Shown here: piece after piece, positions 9,328-19,214 of the stretch
Layout: the number at the start of each line of letters is the position of its first letter
How positions within the stretch are numbered: the stretch's first letter is position 1
Assembly (NCBI GenBank): GCA_016208765.1
Contig: JACQXK010000001.1
Location: forward strand, 218-64,217
DNA from: Candidatus Omnitrophota bacterium
GTDB lineage: Bacteria > Omnitrophota > Gorgyraeia > Gygaellales > Profunditerraquicolaceae
Reading direction: 5' to 3'
DNA length: 64,000 nucleotides
The notes under the pieces: generated by a model
Database searches by the model: none
What the model saw: only the letters and a program-made list of their open reading frames with translations
Told to the model about the DNA's origin: nothing
Position numbers and translations under genes: made by a program

Positions 9328-10377
9328 ATGGAGCTAAATGATTTGTTGAATCACACCAGCGAATGGCTCAAGGGAACCGGGCCGAATTCTGATATTGTAT
9401 TTTCTTCACGCCTGCGCTTTGCCCGCAATCTTGATAAAATACCTTTTCCGCACTGGGCAAATAAAGATCAGGCTGAAGAGGTTTTGGTTGCAATTGAACA
9501 GGCGATAAAAAAAATTGACGCGCTTAAACGTGTTACTATTTTCAGGCTAGCTGAAATGGACAGCGTTGATAAACAATTCCTTGTTGAGCGCCATTTGATG
9601 TCGCTGGATCACGCCCAGAAAACAAACCATAAGGCGGTAGCGATTGATGATGACGAGATGATCGCGATCATGATCAATGAAGAGGACCACATCCGTTTTC
9701 AGGTGATGCAGTCTGGATTTAATCTGTACGAGGCTTGGGAAATTATTAATAAAATTGATGACAGCCTTTCCAAAGAATTGTCTTTTGCTTTTGCCTCTGA
9801 CTGGGGATATTTGACTGCTTGCCCGACGAACGCCGGCACCGGTATGCGCGGATCGGTTATGCTGCATTTACCTGCCTTGGTGATGACGCGGCAGATTGAC
9901 AGGGTATTGGCTGCAATTGCAAAACTTAGCTTTACCACCCGAGGGCTTTATGGTGAAGGCACGCAGGCAACCGGAAATTGTTTCCAGATTTCCAACCAGG
10001 TTTCTTTGGGCCACAGTGAAGACGAGATCATCGGAAACATCAACGGCATCATCCGCCAGATAATTGATCAGGAGAATCAGGCGCGGGAAATTATGGTTTC
10101 AAAAAATAGGGAAGTTCTTGAAGACAGGGTTAACAGGAGCCTGGGGATCTTAAAGAGCGCAAGGATCATCTCAAGCCAGGAAACTATTGAGCTTTTGTCA
10201 ATGGTGCGGCTTGGCTGCGATACGGGGTTAATCAAGGATATTGACCGCCGCAGGGTGAATGAATTGTTTATTACTACTCAGCCTGCGCATCTGCAGAAGA
10301 TTGAAAATAAAAAATTAAGTTCTCAGGAGAGGGATGTTAAAAGGGCAGAACTTATCAGGAGTAAATTAAAATTATAA
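9328..10377 (+). CDS. mcsB: Protein arginine kinase McsB
   Basis: SSRLRFARN, INEEDH, GYLTACPTNAGTG.RGSVMLHLP, RGLYGEG. Confidence 0.93.
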   Translation: MELNDLLNHTSEWLKGTGPNSDIVFSSRLRFARNLDKIPFPHWANKDQAEEVLVAIEQAIKKIDALKRVTIFRLAEMDSVDKQFLVERHLMSLDHAQKTNHKAVAIDDDEMIAIMINEEDHIRFQVMQSGFNLYEAWEIINKIDDSLSKELSFAFASDWGYLTACPTNAGTGMRGSVMLHLPALVMTRQIDRVLAAIAKLSFTTRGLYGEGTQATGNCFQISNQVSLGHSEDEIIGNINGIIRQIIDQENQAREIMVSKNREVLEDRVNRSLGILKSARIISSQETIELLSMVRLGCDTGLIKDIDRRRVNELFITTQPAHLQKIENKKLSSQERDVKRAELIRSKLKL

Positions 10378-10389
10378 TCGGGAGGGGCA

Positions 10390-12816
10390 ATGTTTAGCAG
10401 ATTTACAGAGAGGGCAAGGAAGGTAATTATCTTGGCAAAGGAAGAGGCGCGCCGTTTTAATCATGATTATATCGGGACAGAGCATATTTTATTGGGCCTT
10501 GTTCGTGAGGGAGAAGGCGTGGCTGCTGCTGTTCTACAGAAGATGGGGGTTTCTTTAGAGAATATCCGCCTTGAAATTGAAAAGCTGGTCCAGCCGGGGC
10601 CGGCAACACAAATTATCGGAGATATTCCTTTTACCCCGAGGGCAAAGAAGGCGCTTGAGCTTGCTGCCGAGGAGGCGCGCGCCTTAGGGCATAATTATAT
10701 CGGGACAGAGCATATTTTATTGGGCCTTATACGGGAAGGCGAAGGCATTGCGTCACAGGTATTATTAAATTTAGGGATGGATTTAAATACGGTAAGAAGC
10801 GAAGTGATGGAGTTATTGGGTTCATCATTACCCGGAGGCGCTGCTCCTGTCGGGGCGCAGGCAAAAACAAAGACTCCGGCATTAGATGCTTTTGGCCGCG
10901 ATCTTACTGTGCTTGCCCGCGAAAATAAATTGGATCCGGTAATTGACAGGCATGGTGAAATTGAACGTGTTATCCAGATCTTAAGCCGAAGGACAAAAAA
11001 TAATCCTGTACTTTTGGGTGAGGCAGGCGTGGGAAAGACTGCGATTGTAGAGGGGTTGGCGCAGTCAATTGTTACGGGAAATGTGCCGGAGATATTAAGA
11101 GGTAAGCGTATTGTAGTTTTGGATTTGGCGTTAATGGTAGCCGGTACAAAATACCGTGGCCAGTTTGAAGAACGGATCAAGGCGGTAATGGAGGAAATAA
11201 AGCGTTCACAAGATGTGATCATTTTTATTGATGAGCTGCATACTCTCGTCGGGGCTGGTGCCGCGGAGGGTGCAATTGACGCCTCAAACATCTTGAAACC
11301 GTCATTGTCCCGCGGAGAGATGCAATGCATTGGTGCCACTACCATGGATGAATACAGGAAATACATTGAAAAGGACGCTGCCCTTGAGCGCAGGTTCCAG
11401 ACAATCATGGTTGAGCCTCCGTCGGTGGAACAGACGGTTGAAATATTAAAGGGCCTGCGTGATAGATATGAGGCCCATCATAGGGTTAGTTTTAAAGATG
11501 ATGCTTTAGAGGCGGCGGCAAAATTATCTGATCGTTATATTTCAGGAAGGTTCTTGCCTGATAAAGCAATTGATATTATTGATGAAGCAGGTTCCAGGGC
11601 ACGGCTTAATGTTTTAATCGTGCCTCCTGATATTAAGAAGCTTGAGGAAAAAGTGGAGTCTCTCCGTAAGGAAAAGGAGTCTTTTATTAAGTCTCAGGAT
11701 TTTGAAAAAGCAGCTTCTCTGCGGGACCAGGAAAGGCAGGCGCGACAGGAATTGGAGCAGCTTACCCGCGAATGGAACCAGGCCAAGGATAAAATGCGCC
11801 CTGAGGTTGGAGAAGAAGAGATTGCCAAGATCGTTGCCCAGTGGACAGGTATCCCGATCTTCCGGCTTGAGGAAAAAGAGAGTGAGAAATTATTAAAGAT
11901 TGAAGAAGACCTGCATAAGCGCGTAGTCGGGCAGAATGAGGCAATTGATACAATTGCCCATGCGGTGCGGCGTTCCCGTGCAGGCATGAAAGATCCGCGC
12001 AGGCCTATCGGTTCATTTGTTTTCCTGGGCCCGACGGGCGTAGGTAAAACTTTATTAGCCCGCGCCTTGGCGGAATTTATGTTTGGTGACGAAGATGCCC
12101 TGGTGCAGTTGGATATGTCTGAGTATATGGAAAAATTTAATGTTTCCCGTTTAGTGGGCGCTCCTCCGGGATACGTCGGGTACGAAGAAGGCGGGCAATT
12201 GACTGAAAAGGTGCGCCGCCGTCCGTATTCAGTGATCCTTTTGGATGAAATAGAGAAGGCGCATCCCGATGTATTTAATCTGCTCCTGCAGGTTTTTGAA
12301 GAGGGCCGCCTGACTGACAGCTTTGGCAGGAAAGTTGATTTCCGTAATACAATTATCATTATGACCTCTAATGTCGGGGCTGAGCTTATCCGTAAGACCG
12401 GTTCTCTTGGATTTAAGACGCAGAAAGAAGAGGTCACTTATCAGGATATGAAGGATAAGTTGTTAGAAGAAGTTAAGCGCACATTTAAGCCGGAGTTTAT
12501 CAACCGCATTGATGATATTATTGTTTTCAGGCCGTTGTTAAAAGAAGATTTACAGAGGATCATTAATATTGAGATTGGTTATGTAATTGAGCGTTTGCGC
12601 GACCAGAAAATTGAAATGGAGGTTACGCAGGAAGCAAAGGATTTTCTGATTGAAAAGGGTTTTGATCCGGTATTTGGGGCGCGCCCTTTAAAAAGGACCA
12701 TCCAGAGATTTTTGGAGGACCCTCTTTCTTCGGAGATAATCTCAAAGAGATTTACCGAAGGAAGCAAGATAAAGATTGTCCGTAAAAATGAGGAGCTGGT
12801 TTTTGAAAACGCATGA
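10390..12816 (+). CDS. clpC: ATP-dependent Clp protease ATPase ClpC
   Basis: Two Clp-N repeats, two AAA+ modules (GEAGVGKT, GPTGVGKT), UVR middle domain; follows mcsAB. Confidence 0.95.
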   Translation: MFSRFTERARKVIILAKEEARRFNHDYIGTEHILLGLVREGEGVAAAVLQKMGVSLENIRLEIEKLVQPGPATQIIGDIPFTPRAKKALELAAEEARALGHNYIGTEHILLGLIREGEGIASQVLLNLGMDLNTVRSEVMELLGSSLPGGAAPVGAQAKTKTPALDAFGRDLTVLARENKLDPVIDRHGEIERVIQILSRRTKNNPVLLGEAGVGKTAIVEGLAQSIVTGNVPEILRGKRIVVLDLALMVAGTKYRGQFEERIKAVMEEIKRSQDVIIFIDELHTLVGAGAAEGAIDASNILKPSLSRGEMQCIGATTMDEYRKYIEKDAALERRFQTIMVEPPSVEQTVEILKGLRDRYEAHHRVSFKDDALEAAAKLSDRYISGRFLPDKAIDIIDEAGSRARLNVLIVPPDIKKLEEKVESLRKEKESFIKSQDFEKAASLRDQERQARQELEQLTREWNQAKDKMRPEVGEEEIAKIVAQWTGIPIFRLEEKESEKLLKIEEDLHKRVVGQNEAIDTIAHAVRRSRAGMKDPRRPIGSFVFLGPTGVGKTLLARALAEFMFGDEDALVQLDMSEYMEKFNVSRLVGAPPGYVGYEEGGQLTEKVRRRPYSVILLDEIEKAHPDVFNLLLQVFEEGRLTDSFGRKVDFRNTIIIMTSNVGAELIRKTGSLGFKTQKEEVTYQDMKDKLLEEVKRTFKPEFINRIDDIIVFRPLLKEDLQRIINIEIGYVIERLRDQKIEMEVTQEAKDFLIEKGFDPVFGARPLKRTIQRFLEDPLSSEIISKRFTEGSKIKIVRKNEELVFENA

Positions 12817-13598
12817 TTAATGATTTTCTTTCCAATATAGGCAGAAGGACGCTTTCTTTCTTGTATTTTGCAGGTGGATTGGCGAGCCTTAGCGGACAGG
12901 CGATTTATTTAACTTTTGTCCCGCCTTTTCATAAGGGGCGTTTTCTTGAGCAGGTAAAAAAAGCCGGCTGCGACAGTTTACCAATAGTATCTCTGGTGGC
13001 ATTGTTCATCGGTTTTATTTTTGCCTTGCAGACTGCTTATTTTATGCAGCGTATCGGCTCTGAGATGTATATCGCAAGCCTTGTTGCCCTTTCAATTGTC
13101 AGGGAACTCGGCCCGGTGATTACTGCCTTGGTGGTGGCAGGCAGGGTAGGTGCTTCAATTACCGCGGAACTCGGCTCAATGCAGGTTACCGAGCAGATTG
13201 ATGCTTTGGAAACCCTGGCGAGTAATCCCATAAAATATCTGGTAGTGCCTCGTTTTCTGGCATTAAGTATCGTGCTTCCTTTGTTAACTCTTTATGCCGA
13301 TATTATCGGTATCCTGGGAAGTTATATTATTTGTGTTTTTAAACTGGGGATTTCCTCCAGTTTATACCTTCATGTTACATTTGATGCTCTTTTGTATAAG
13401 GATTTGTTTACCGGGTTGTTTAAGACAATTTTCTTCGGGATGCTGATCGCGTTTATCAGCTGTTATGAAGGTTTTAATGTTGAGGGAGGGGCAGAGGGCG
13501 TCGGGCAGGCAACTACGCGTTCAGTGGTTTTTACCTTTATCATGATTATTGCCGCCGATTGTTTCTTTACCGCAATATTTTATTTTATTTTTCCATGA
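12813..13598 (+). CDS. mlaE: MlaE family ABC permease
   Basis: RELGPVITAL, AELGSMQVTEQIDAL, GAEGVGQATTRSVV. Confidence 0.9.
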   Translation: MINDFLSNIGRRTLSFLYFAGGLASLSGQAIYLTFVPPFHKGRFLEQVKKAGCDSLPIVSLVALFIGFIFALQTAYFMQRIGSEMYIASLVALSIVRELGPVITALVVAGRVGASITAELGSMQVTEQIDALETLASNPIKYLVVPRFLALSIVLPLLTLYADIIGILGSYIICVFKLGISSSLYLHVTFDALLYKDLFTGLFKTIFFGMLIAFISCYEGFNVEGGAEGVGQATTRSVVFTFIMIIAADCFFTAIFYFIFP

Positions 13599-14347
13599 TT
13601 GAAATTAATGAATTATATAAATCATTTAACTCGCATCAGGTTTTAAGCGGTTTAAACCTTAAGATCCAGAAAGGCTCAACCTGCGTAATTATCGGCCGTT
13701 CAGGATGCGGGAAGAGTGTTTTACTTAAGCATATCGTCGGAATTCTTAAGCCGGATAGCGGCAGTGTTTTTGTTGACGGTAAAGATGTCACGCATTTAAA
13801 TGACAAAGACCTGAATTCTTTAAGGCTCAGGATAAGCATAGTATTCCAGGGGGGAGCTCTTTTTGATTCGTTAAGCGTAGCGGATAATGTCGGGTTTGGT
13901 TTGATTGAGCACCAGCATATAAGCCGGAAAGAATTGTTGGAACGTGTCAAAGAGTCTTTGGCCTTAGTTGATCTTAAGGGTGTGGAAGATATGATGCCTT
14001 CTTCATTAAGCGGTGGAATGAAAAAGCGCGTATCCCTTGCGCGGGCAATTTGTATAAAGCCGGATCTTATTCTTTATGATGAACCAACTACAGGCGTTGA
14101 TCCGATCACTGCGGACAGCATTAATGAGTTAATCAAGAGCTTGCATGATAAATTAAAAGTAACTGCAGTGGTGGTCACCCATGATATGAAAAGCGCTTAT
14201 CGCGTTGCTGACCGGATCGCCATGATGTATCAGGGCAAGATCATTGCCGAGGGGAATTCTCAGGAAATTCAGCAAACTCAGGACCCGGTGGTGCATCAAT
14301 TTATAAATGGCCTGTCTCAAGGCCCGATTACTGAAAGTTTAGGATAA
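13595..14347 (+). CDS. mlaF: MlaF family ABC ATPase
   Basis: GRSGCGKS, FQGGALFDS, LSGGMKKRV, YDEPTTG; ATG 13595 overlaps mlaE stop (ATGA). Confidence 0.88.
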   Translation: MIEINELYKSFNSHQVLSGLNLKIQKGSTCVIIGRSGCGKSVLLKHIVGILKPDSGSVFVDGKDVTHLNDKDLNSLRLRISIVFQGGALFDSLSVADNVGFGLIEHQHISRKELLERVKESLALVDLKGVEDMMPSSLSGGMKKRVSLARAICIKPDLILYDEPTTGVDPITADSINELIKSLHDKLKVTAVVVTHDMKSAYRVADRIAMMYQGKIIAEGNSQEIQQTQDPVVHQFINGLSQGPITESLG

Positions 14348-14363
14348 TTGACGGAGGATTAAA

Positions 14364-14981
14364 ATGGTATTCGGTAAAACAAAATTAGAATTAAAGGTAG
14401 GGGTTTTTGTCATTGTTGGTTTAGCGATCTTGGTAACCTTTATTTTGTCTATCGGAAAGTTTAAAACCTGGACCGCGGGATATAAAGTCGGATTTATTTT
14501 TAATTTCTCAAACGGCGTCAAGGTTGGAGCGCCCGTGCGTTTTGCCGGAATGGATGTGGGAGAGGTTAAACACATCAGTATTTCTATGCCCAAGGAAACC
14601 GGAGAAAATGCCAAGGTCAAGGTTTTATGCTGGGTGAAAAAGAAGGTTGCTATTCCTGTTGATTCAACTATCTGGGTAAATACCCTTGGTTTGTTAGGAG
14701 AGAAATATATTGAAATAATGCCCGGGCATGATTATCAGCATTGTCTTGTTGCTAACCAGACTTTAGAAGGAGTAGATCCTTTGGCCATGCACGAAGTGGT
14801 GCGCACAGCAAAAAATATTGTTGATAATCTTGATCAGGGTATTGAGAGAATTAATAAAGGAGAAGGGACGATTGGAAAACTTCTTTATGATGATTCGGTA
14901 TATAATGAACTTGATGCATTTATGAAGGATATCCGTAAGAATCCCTGGAAATTATTCTTTAGGGCCAAGGAGAAGAAATAA
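14364..14981 (+). CDS. mlaD: MlaD/MCE family protein
   Basis: N-terminal TM, GAPVRFAGMDVGEV, GLLGEKYIEI. Confidence 0.88.
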   Translation: MVFGKTKLELKVGVFVIVGLAILVTFILSIGKFKTWTAGYKVGFIFNFSNGVKVGAPVRFAGMDVGEVKHISISMPKETGENAKVKVLCWVKKKVAIPVDSTIWVNTLGLLGEKYIEIMPGHDYQHCLVANQTLEGVDPLAMHEVVRTAKNIVDNLDQGIERINKGEGTIGKLLYDDSVYNELDAFMKDIRKNPWKLFFRAKEKK

Positions 14982-14983
14982 TA

Positions 14984-16354
14984 GTGAAAATAAAAACTAT
15001 TTTTAGCTGTCAGAATTGCGGGTATCAATCGCCGAAGTGGATAGGAAAATGCCCGGACTGCAACAGTTGGAATTCTTTTGCCGAAGAAGATTTCAGTTCT
15101 TTTGATAATAAGCCTAAAGAAAGAGTTTCTTTATATACTCAGGGTCCGGTTTTACTAAAAGATGTTCAGATAAAAGAAGAAAACCGTTTAAAGACACATA
15201 TCAAGGAGCTGGATAGGGTTTTAGGAGGCGGAGTGGTGCCGGGTTCGGTAGTTTTGATCGGAGGAGACCCTGGAGTCGGAAAGTCAACGATCTCTCTTCA
15301 GGTTTCCAATCACCTGACTAAGCAGGATGTAACGGTGCTTTACGTCAGCGGAGAGGAGTCAGCCGCCCAGACAAAACTAAGGGCAAAACGTTTAGGCAGC
15401 ATTGATTCGGATAAATTATTTATTGTCAATCAAACGGATTTGTCTTTAATCTGCGAATACATCAAAAAGATCAAGCCGCAGGTTGTGGTTATTGATTCTA
15501 TTCAGGTTGTTTTTAACCCGCAGATCAGCTCTTCTCCCGGAAGTGTCAGTCAGGTCAGGGAATGTGCAAGCCTGTTAACGCAGCTGGCAAAAAGTTCCGG
15601 CATTTCGCTTTTTATAATAGGACATGTTACAAAAGAAGGTGCGCTTGCCGGGCCTCGTGTTTTAGAGCATATTGTTGATACGGTGCTTTATTTTGAGGGG
15701 GACCGTTTTTCAATCTACCGTATGCTGCGCGCGGTAAAAAACAGGTTTGGTTCTACAAACGAGATCGGGGTCTTTGAGATGACAGCCTCCGGGCTTAGCG
15801 AAGTAAGCAATCCTTCTGAAATATTCTTGTCAGAAAGGCCCAAGGATGTTTCAGGTTCGGTGGTGGTTTCTGTTTTGGAAGGTACTCGTCCTCTTCTCGT
15901 GGAGATCCAGGCGCTTGTGGCGCGTTCAAGCTTTGGTTATGCCACCAGGCGAGGGCAGGGGTTTGATTTTAACCGGCTGGCTTTATTAATCGCTGTTTTA
16001 GAGAAACGCATGGGCCTTGCGCTTGAGGCCGAGGATATTTTTATTAATGTTGCAGGAGGGATCAAGATTGAGGATCCCAGCGCTGATTTGGCTGTGGCCT
16101 TGGCAATTGCTTCTGCATTTGGGGATAAGACAGTTTTACCCGATACAGTTGTGGTAGGAGAGGTGGGTTTGGCAGGCGAGATTAGAAGTGTGGCGCAGGT
16201 GAGCCTGCGCATCAGCGAAGCCCAGAGGCTGGGGTTTAAAAGGTGTGTTTTGCCAAAGAACAATTATAAAAATTTGCGCCTGGATAAGGGAGAAATTGAA
16301 TTAGTGCCGGTTTCCACGCTTAAAGAGGCATTGGATATTTTACTTGGGAGGTAG
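14984..16354 (+). CDS. radA: DNA repair protein RadA/Sms
   Basis: C4 zinc finger, GGDPGVGKST, KNRFG motif, Lon-like C-terminus. Confidence 0.96.
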   Translation: MKIKTIFSCQNCGYQSPKWIGKCPDCNSWNSFAEEDFSSFDNKPKERVSLYTQGPVLLKDVQIKEENRLKTHIKELDRVLGGGVVPGSVVLIGGDPGVGKSTISLQVSNHLTKQDVTVLYVSGEESAAQTKLRAKRLGSIDSDKLFIVNQTDLSLICEYIKKIKPQVVVIDSIQVVFNPQISSSPGSVSQVRECASLLTQLAKSSGISLFIIGHVTKEGALAGPRVLEHIVDTVLYFEGDRFSIYRMLRAVKNRFGSTNEIGVFEMTASGLSEVSNPSEIFLSERPKDVSGSVVVSVLEGTRPLLVEIQALVARSSFGYATRRGQGFDFNRLALLIAVLEKRMGLALEAEDIFINVAGGIKIEDPSADLAVALAIASAFGDKTVLPDTVVVGEVGLAGEIRSVAQVSLRISEAQRLGFKRCVLPKNNYKNLRLDKGEIELVPVSTLKEALDILLGR

Positions 16355-16358
16355 TTAG

Positions 16359-17339
16359 ATGAATATTTTACTGGTAAGGATTTTATTTGTAGTGGGAAGT
16401 TTAATTATCGGGTATCAGACTGTGTCTGTGGGAGGGTCTGGTTTGATCGGGGCAGGAATAGGCGCGGCTGCCGCTCTTTTAATGATTCTTTTAGAAATTG
16501 GTTTACGCAAAGTTTCGGTTACCGGTTTATCAAGCGCGGTGTTTGGGTTGATCTTAGGTTTGATTATGGCAAAGCTTGTAAGTGATGCATTCAGCCTCTC
16601 ACACATAGATGTAGAGTCTTTAAGTATTATTCGTGTTACCTTGACTTTGATTTTCTGTTATCTGGGTATGGTAATGGCGTTACGCGGTAAGGATGAATTC
16701 AATGTTATTATTCCTTATGTGCGGTTGCGCAGGCAGGATAATCCTGAAGAGATTACCCTGGTTGATACAAGTGTCATTATTGACGGAAGGATTGTGGATA
16801 TTTGTAAAAGTAAATTCCTTTCCGGCAAGATAATTATTCCTAAGTTTGTTTTAAGAGAATTGCAGCAGATTGCCGACTCAACTGACCCGATTAAACGCCA
16901 AAGAGGCAGGCGCGGGCTTGAAATGCTGCATACGGTGCAGAAGGAATCCGGTGTTGATATTACAATCCACGAGGAAGATTTTCCGGAAACAAATGAGGTG
17001 GATGCTAAATTGGTAAAATTAGCCAAGTTGCTCGGAGCAAGTATTCTGACGGTGGATTATAACCTTAACCGCGTAGCCAGTATCCAGGGAGTGAAGGTGT
17101 TAAATATAAATGAACTGGCAAACGCGTTAAAACCGATGGTCTTTCCCGGAGAGAATATGCAGATAAAATTAATCAAAGAAGGCAAAGAGCATAATCAGGC
17201 GATAGGTTATCTTGATGATGGTACAATGGTGGTTGTAGAGGATGCCCGTCGGATGATCGGACAGGAAGTTAAAGTTGCGGTAACTTCTGTTTTACAGACT
17301 CAGGCAGGAAGAATGATTTTTACCAAGCTTGAGAAATAA
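16359..17339 (+). CDS. Membrane PIN/TRAM domain protein (YacL family)
   Basis: TM helices, [13 protein letters not shown] motif, [12 protein letters not shown] and TSVLQT.AGRMIF TRAM region. Confidence 0.9.
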   Translation: MNILLVRILFVVGSLIIGYQTVSVGGSGLIGAGIGAAAALLMILLEIGLRKVSVTGLSSAVFGLILGLIMAKLVSDAFSLSHIDVESLSIIRVTLTLIFCYLGMVMALRGKDEFNVIIPYVRLRRQDNPEEITLVDTSVIIDGRIVDICKSKFLSGKIIIPKFVLRELQQIADSTDPIKRQRGRRGLEMLHTVQKESGVDITIHEEDFPETNEVDAKLVKLAKLLGASILTVDYNLNRVASIQGVKVLNINELANALKPMVFPGENMQIKLIKEGKEHNQAIGYLDDGTMVVVEDARRMIGQEVKVAVTSVLQTQAGRMIFTKLEK

Positions 17340-17341
17340 AA

Positions 17342-18043
17342 ATGAATTTATCGACAATACTGCTTGCGGCAGGCGCAGGCAAAAGATTTAAGTCTAAGGT
17401 TCCAAAGCCGCTTGTAAGCCTTGCCGGGAAGCCTGTTTTTATTTACAGCCTCCAGATATTAAGTAAATTAATCTTTGTCAGAGATATTGTTGTTGTGGTT
17501 AACTCTTATAATGCTTCGGAAGTTGCCCGCGAGATCAAACGCTACCGGATAAAAAAGATCAGGTGTTTGGTTAAAGGTGGAAGGCGCAGGCAGGATTCAG
17601 TGTTATGCGGTTTGAATGCGCTGGATCAAAGTTCTGATTTTGTTTTGATTCATGATTCTGCCCGGCCATTTATTAGCAGTAAAATGGTTTCTGTGGCTGT
17701 AAAAGAAGCTTGTAAAACAGGAGCAGCGATTTTGGGTGTGCCTGTGAAGGCGACTATAAAAGAAATTGTCACCTCTCTCCCGTCGGCTGTCGCCTGTGAA
17801 AAGATTGTAAAAAAGACATTGGATAGAAGCAAGCTTTGGGAGATTCAGACTCCGCAGGTATTTAAGAAGGATGTTATAGTTGAAGCATACCGAAAGTTTG
17901 GCAAAAAAGAAGTTACAGACGATGCCTCTTTGGTTGAAAAACTTGGGAAAGGAGTAGCTGTTGTGCAAGGGGCGTATTCAAACATTAAAATTACGACTCC
18001 GGAGGATTTGCAGATAGCAGGAGCAATTGCTAAAAATTTATGA
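17342..18043 (+). CDS. ispD: 2-C-methyl-D-erythritol 4-phosphate cytidylyltransferase
   Basis: LAAGAGKRF, GG.RRQDSV, IHDSARP, QTPQVF, KITTPEDL. Confidence 0.93.
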   Translation: MNLSTILLAAGAGKRFKSKVPKPLVSLAGKPVFIYSLQILSKLIFVRDIVVVVNSYNASEVAREIKRYRIKKIRCLVKGGRRRQDSVLCGLNALDQSSDFVLIHDSARPFISSKMVSVAVKEACKTGAAILGVPVKATIKEIVTSLPSAVACEKIVKKTLDRSKLWEIQTPQVFKKDVIVEAYRKFGKKEVTDDASLVEKLGKGVAVVQGAYSNIKITTPEDLQIAGAIAKNL

Positions 18044-18522
18044 AATCCCGAATTGGTATTGGTTATGATATCCATCGCTTAGTAGAGGGCCGTAAGTTAT
18101 TCTTAGGCGGTGTTGAAATTCCATTTATTAAGGGGTTGCTGGGCCACTCAGACGGAGATGCTCTTTTGCATTCCATTTGTGATGCGCTTTTAGGGGCATT
18201 ATCAGCTGGAGATATTGGGAGCCATTTTCCGGATACCGACCCAAAGTATCAAGGAGTTTCAAGTGCAATATTATTGGAAAAGGTGGTAGAATTAGTGAAG
18301 ATGCGTAAATTTAGCATAAATAATATTGATACGGTAGTTATTGCGCAAGAGCCGATATTGGCGCCATTTAAAGAAAAGATTGCTCAGAATGTTGCGCAGA
18401 TTTTAAATATTAGTAAAGATTGTGTTAGTGTCAAAGCAAAGACTAATGAGGGTTTGGGCGAGGTTGGTGAAAAGCTTGCTATTGCCTGTTATGCAGTGGC
18501 AGCTTTAGAAGCGGAGGAATAA
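18040..18522 (+). CDS. ispF: 2-C-methyl-D-erythritol 2,4-cyclodiphosphate synthase
   Basis: [33 protein letters not shown]. Confidence 0.95.
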   Translation: MKSRIGIGYDIHRLVEGRKLFLGGVEIPFIKGLLGHSDGDALLHSICDALLGALSAGDIGSHFPDTDPKYQGVSSAILLEKVVELVKMRKFSINNIDTVVIAQEPILAPFKEKIAQNVAQILNISKDCVSVKAKTNEGLGEVGEKLAIACYAVAALEAEE

Positions 18523-18523
18523 A

Positions 18524-19207
18524 ATGGAGCTTCTTGTTAAAATCTTAGTAGCATTGCTTATTTTATTTGTAATTAAGGTTAGCTTAATAATTTTATTTTT
18601 TTATAGTGAAATTAGGGCAGCCCAGAAAAGGGATCCTGCTGCAAAAAACTTTTTTGAAGTGCTTTTTCTTTATCCCGGGCTGCACGCATTGATTTATTAT
18701 CGCGTTGCTCATTTGCTGCATAAAATAGGTATGACTTTTTCCGCCCGCTTTATTTCCCAGCTTGCACGTTTCTTCACCGGCATTGAAATACATCCGGGAG
18801 CCCAAATAGGAAAGAATTTCTTTATTGATCACGGGATGGGTGTTGTGATTGGAGAAACTACAATTATCGGTGACAATGTGCTTTTGTATCAGGGGGTGAC
18901 CCTGGGAGGGACTGGGCTTCAGCAAGGCAAACGCCATCCGACTCTGGGTAATAGCGTTGTTATCGGCACAGGTGCCAAGGTATTGGGGAATATTCTTATC
19001 GGTGATAATTCCTATGTCGGGGCAAATGCGGTGGTAATTAAGGATGTCCCTCCGAATTCTACTGTTGTGGGGGTGCCGGGAAGAATCACAAAACAAGAAG
19101 GAAAGAAAATTGATGTGAGCCTTGACCATATTCATGTATTGGATCCTATCATGCAGTCTGTTGAAGAGTTGGAAAAGAGATTAGAAGAGTTAGAAAAACG
19201 CAAATAA
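18524..19207 (+). CDS. cysE: Serine O-acetyltransferase with N-terminal hydrophobic extension
   Basis: [34 protein letters not shown]. Confidence 0.92.
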   Translation: MELLVKILVALLILFVIKVSLIILFFYSEIRAAQKRDPAAKNFFEVLFLYPGLHALIYYRVAHLLHKIGMTFSARFISQLARFFTGIEIHPGAQIGKNFFIDHGMGVVIGETTIIGDNVLLYQGVTLGGTGLQQGKRHPTLGNSVVIGTGAKVLGNILIGDNSYVGANAVVIKDVPPNSTVVGVPGRITKQEGKKIDVSLDHIHVLDPIMQSVEELEKRLEELEKRK

Positions 19208-19214
19208 TCGTTCC

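Noticed and set aside
10695-12437. Long antisense ORFs within clpC, and similar shadow ORFs elsewhere
   Set aside because: They lie opposite well-conserved genes and are expected from codon bias.
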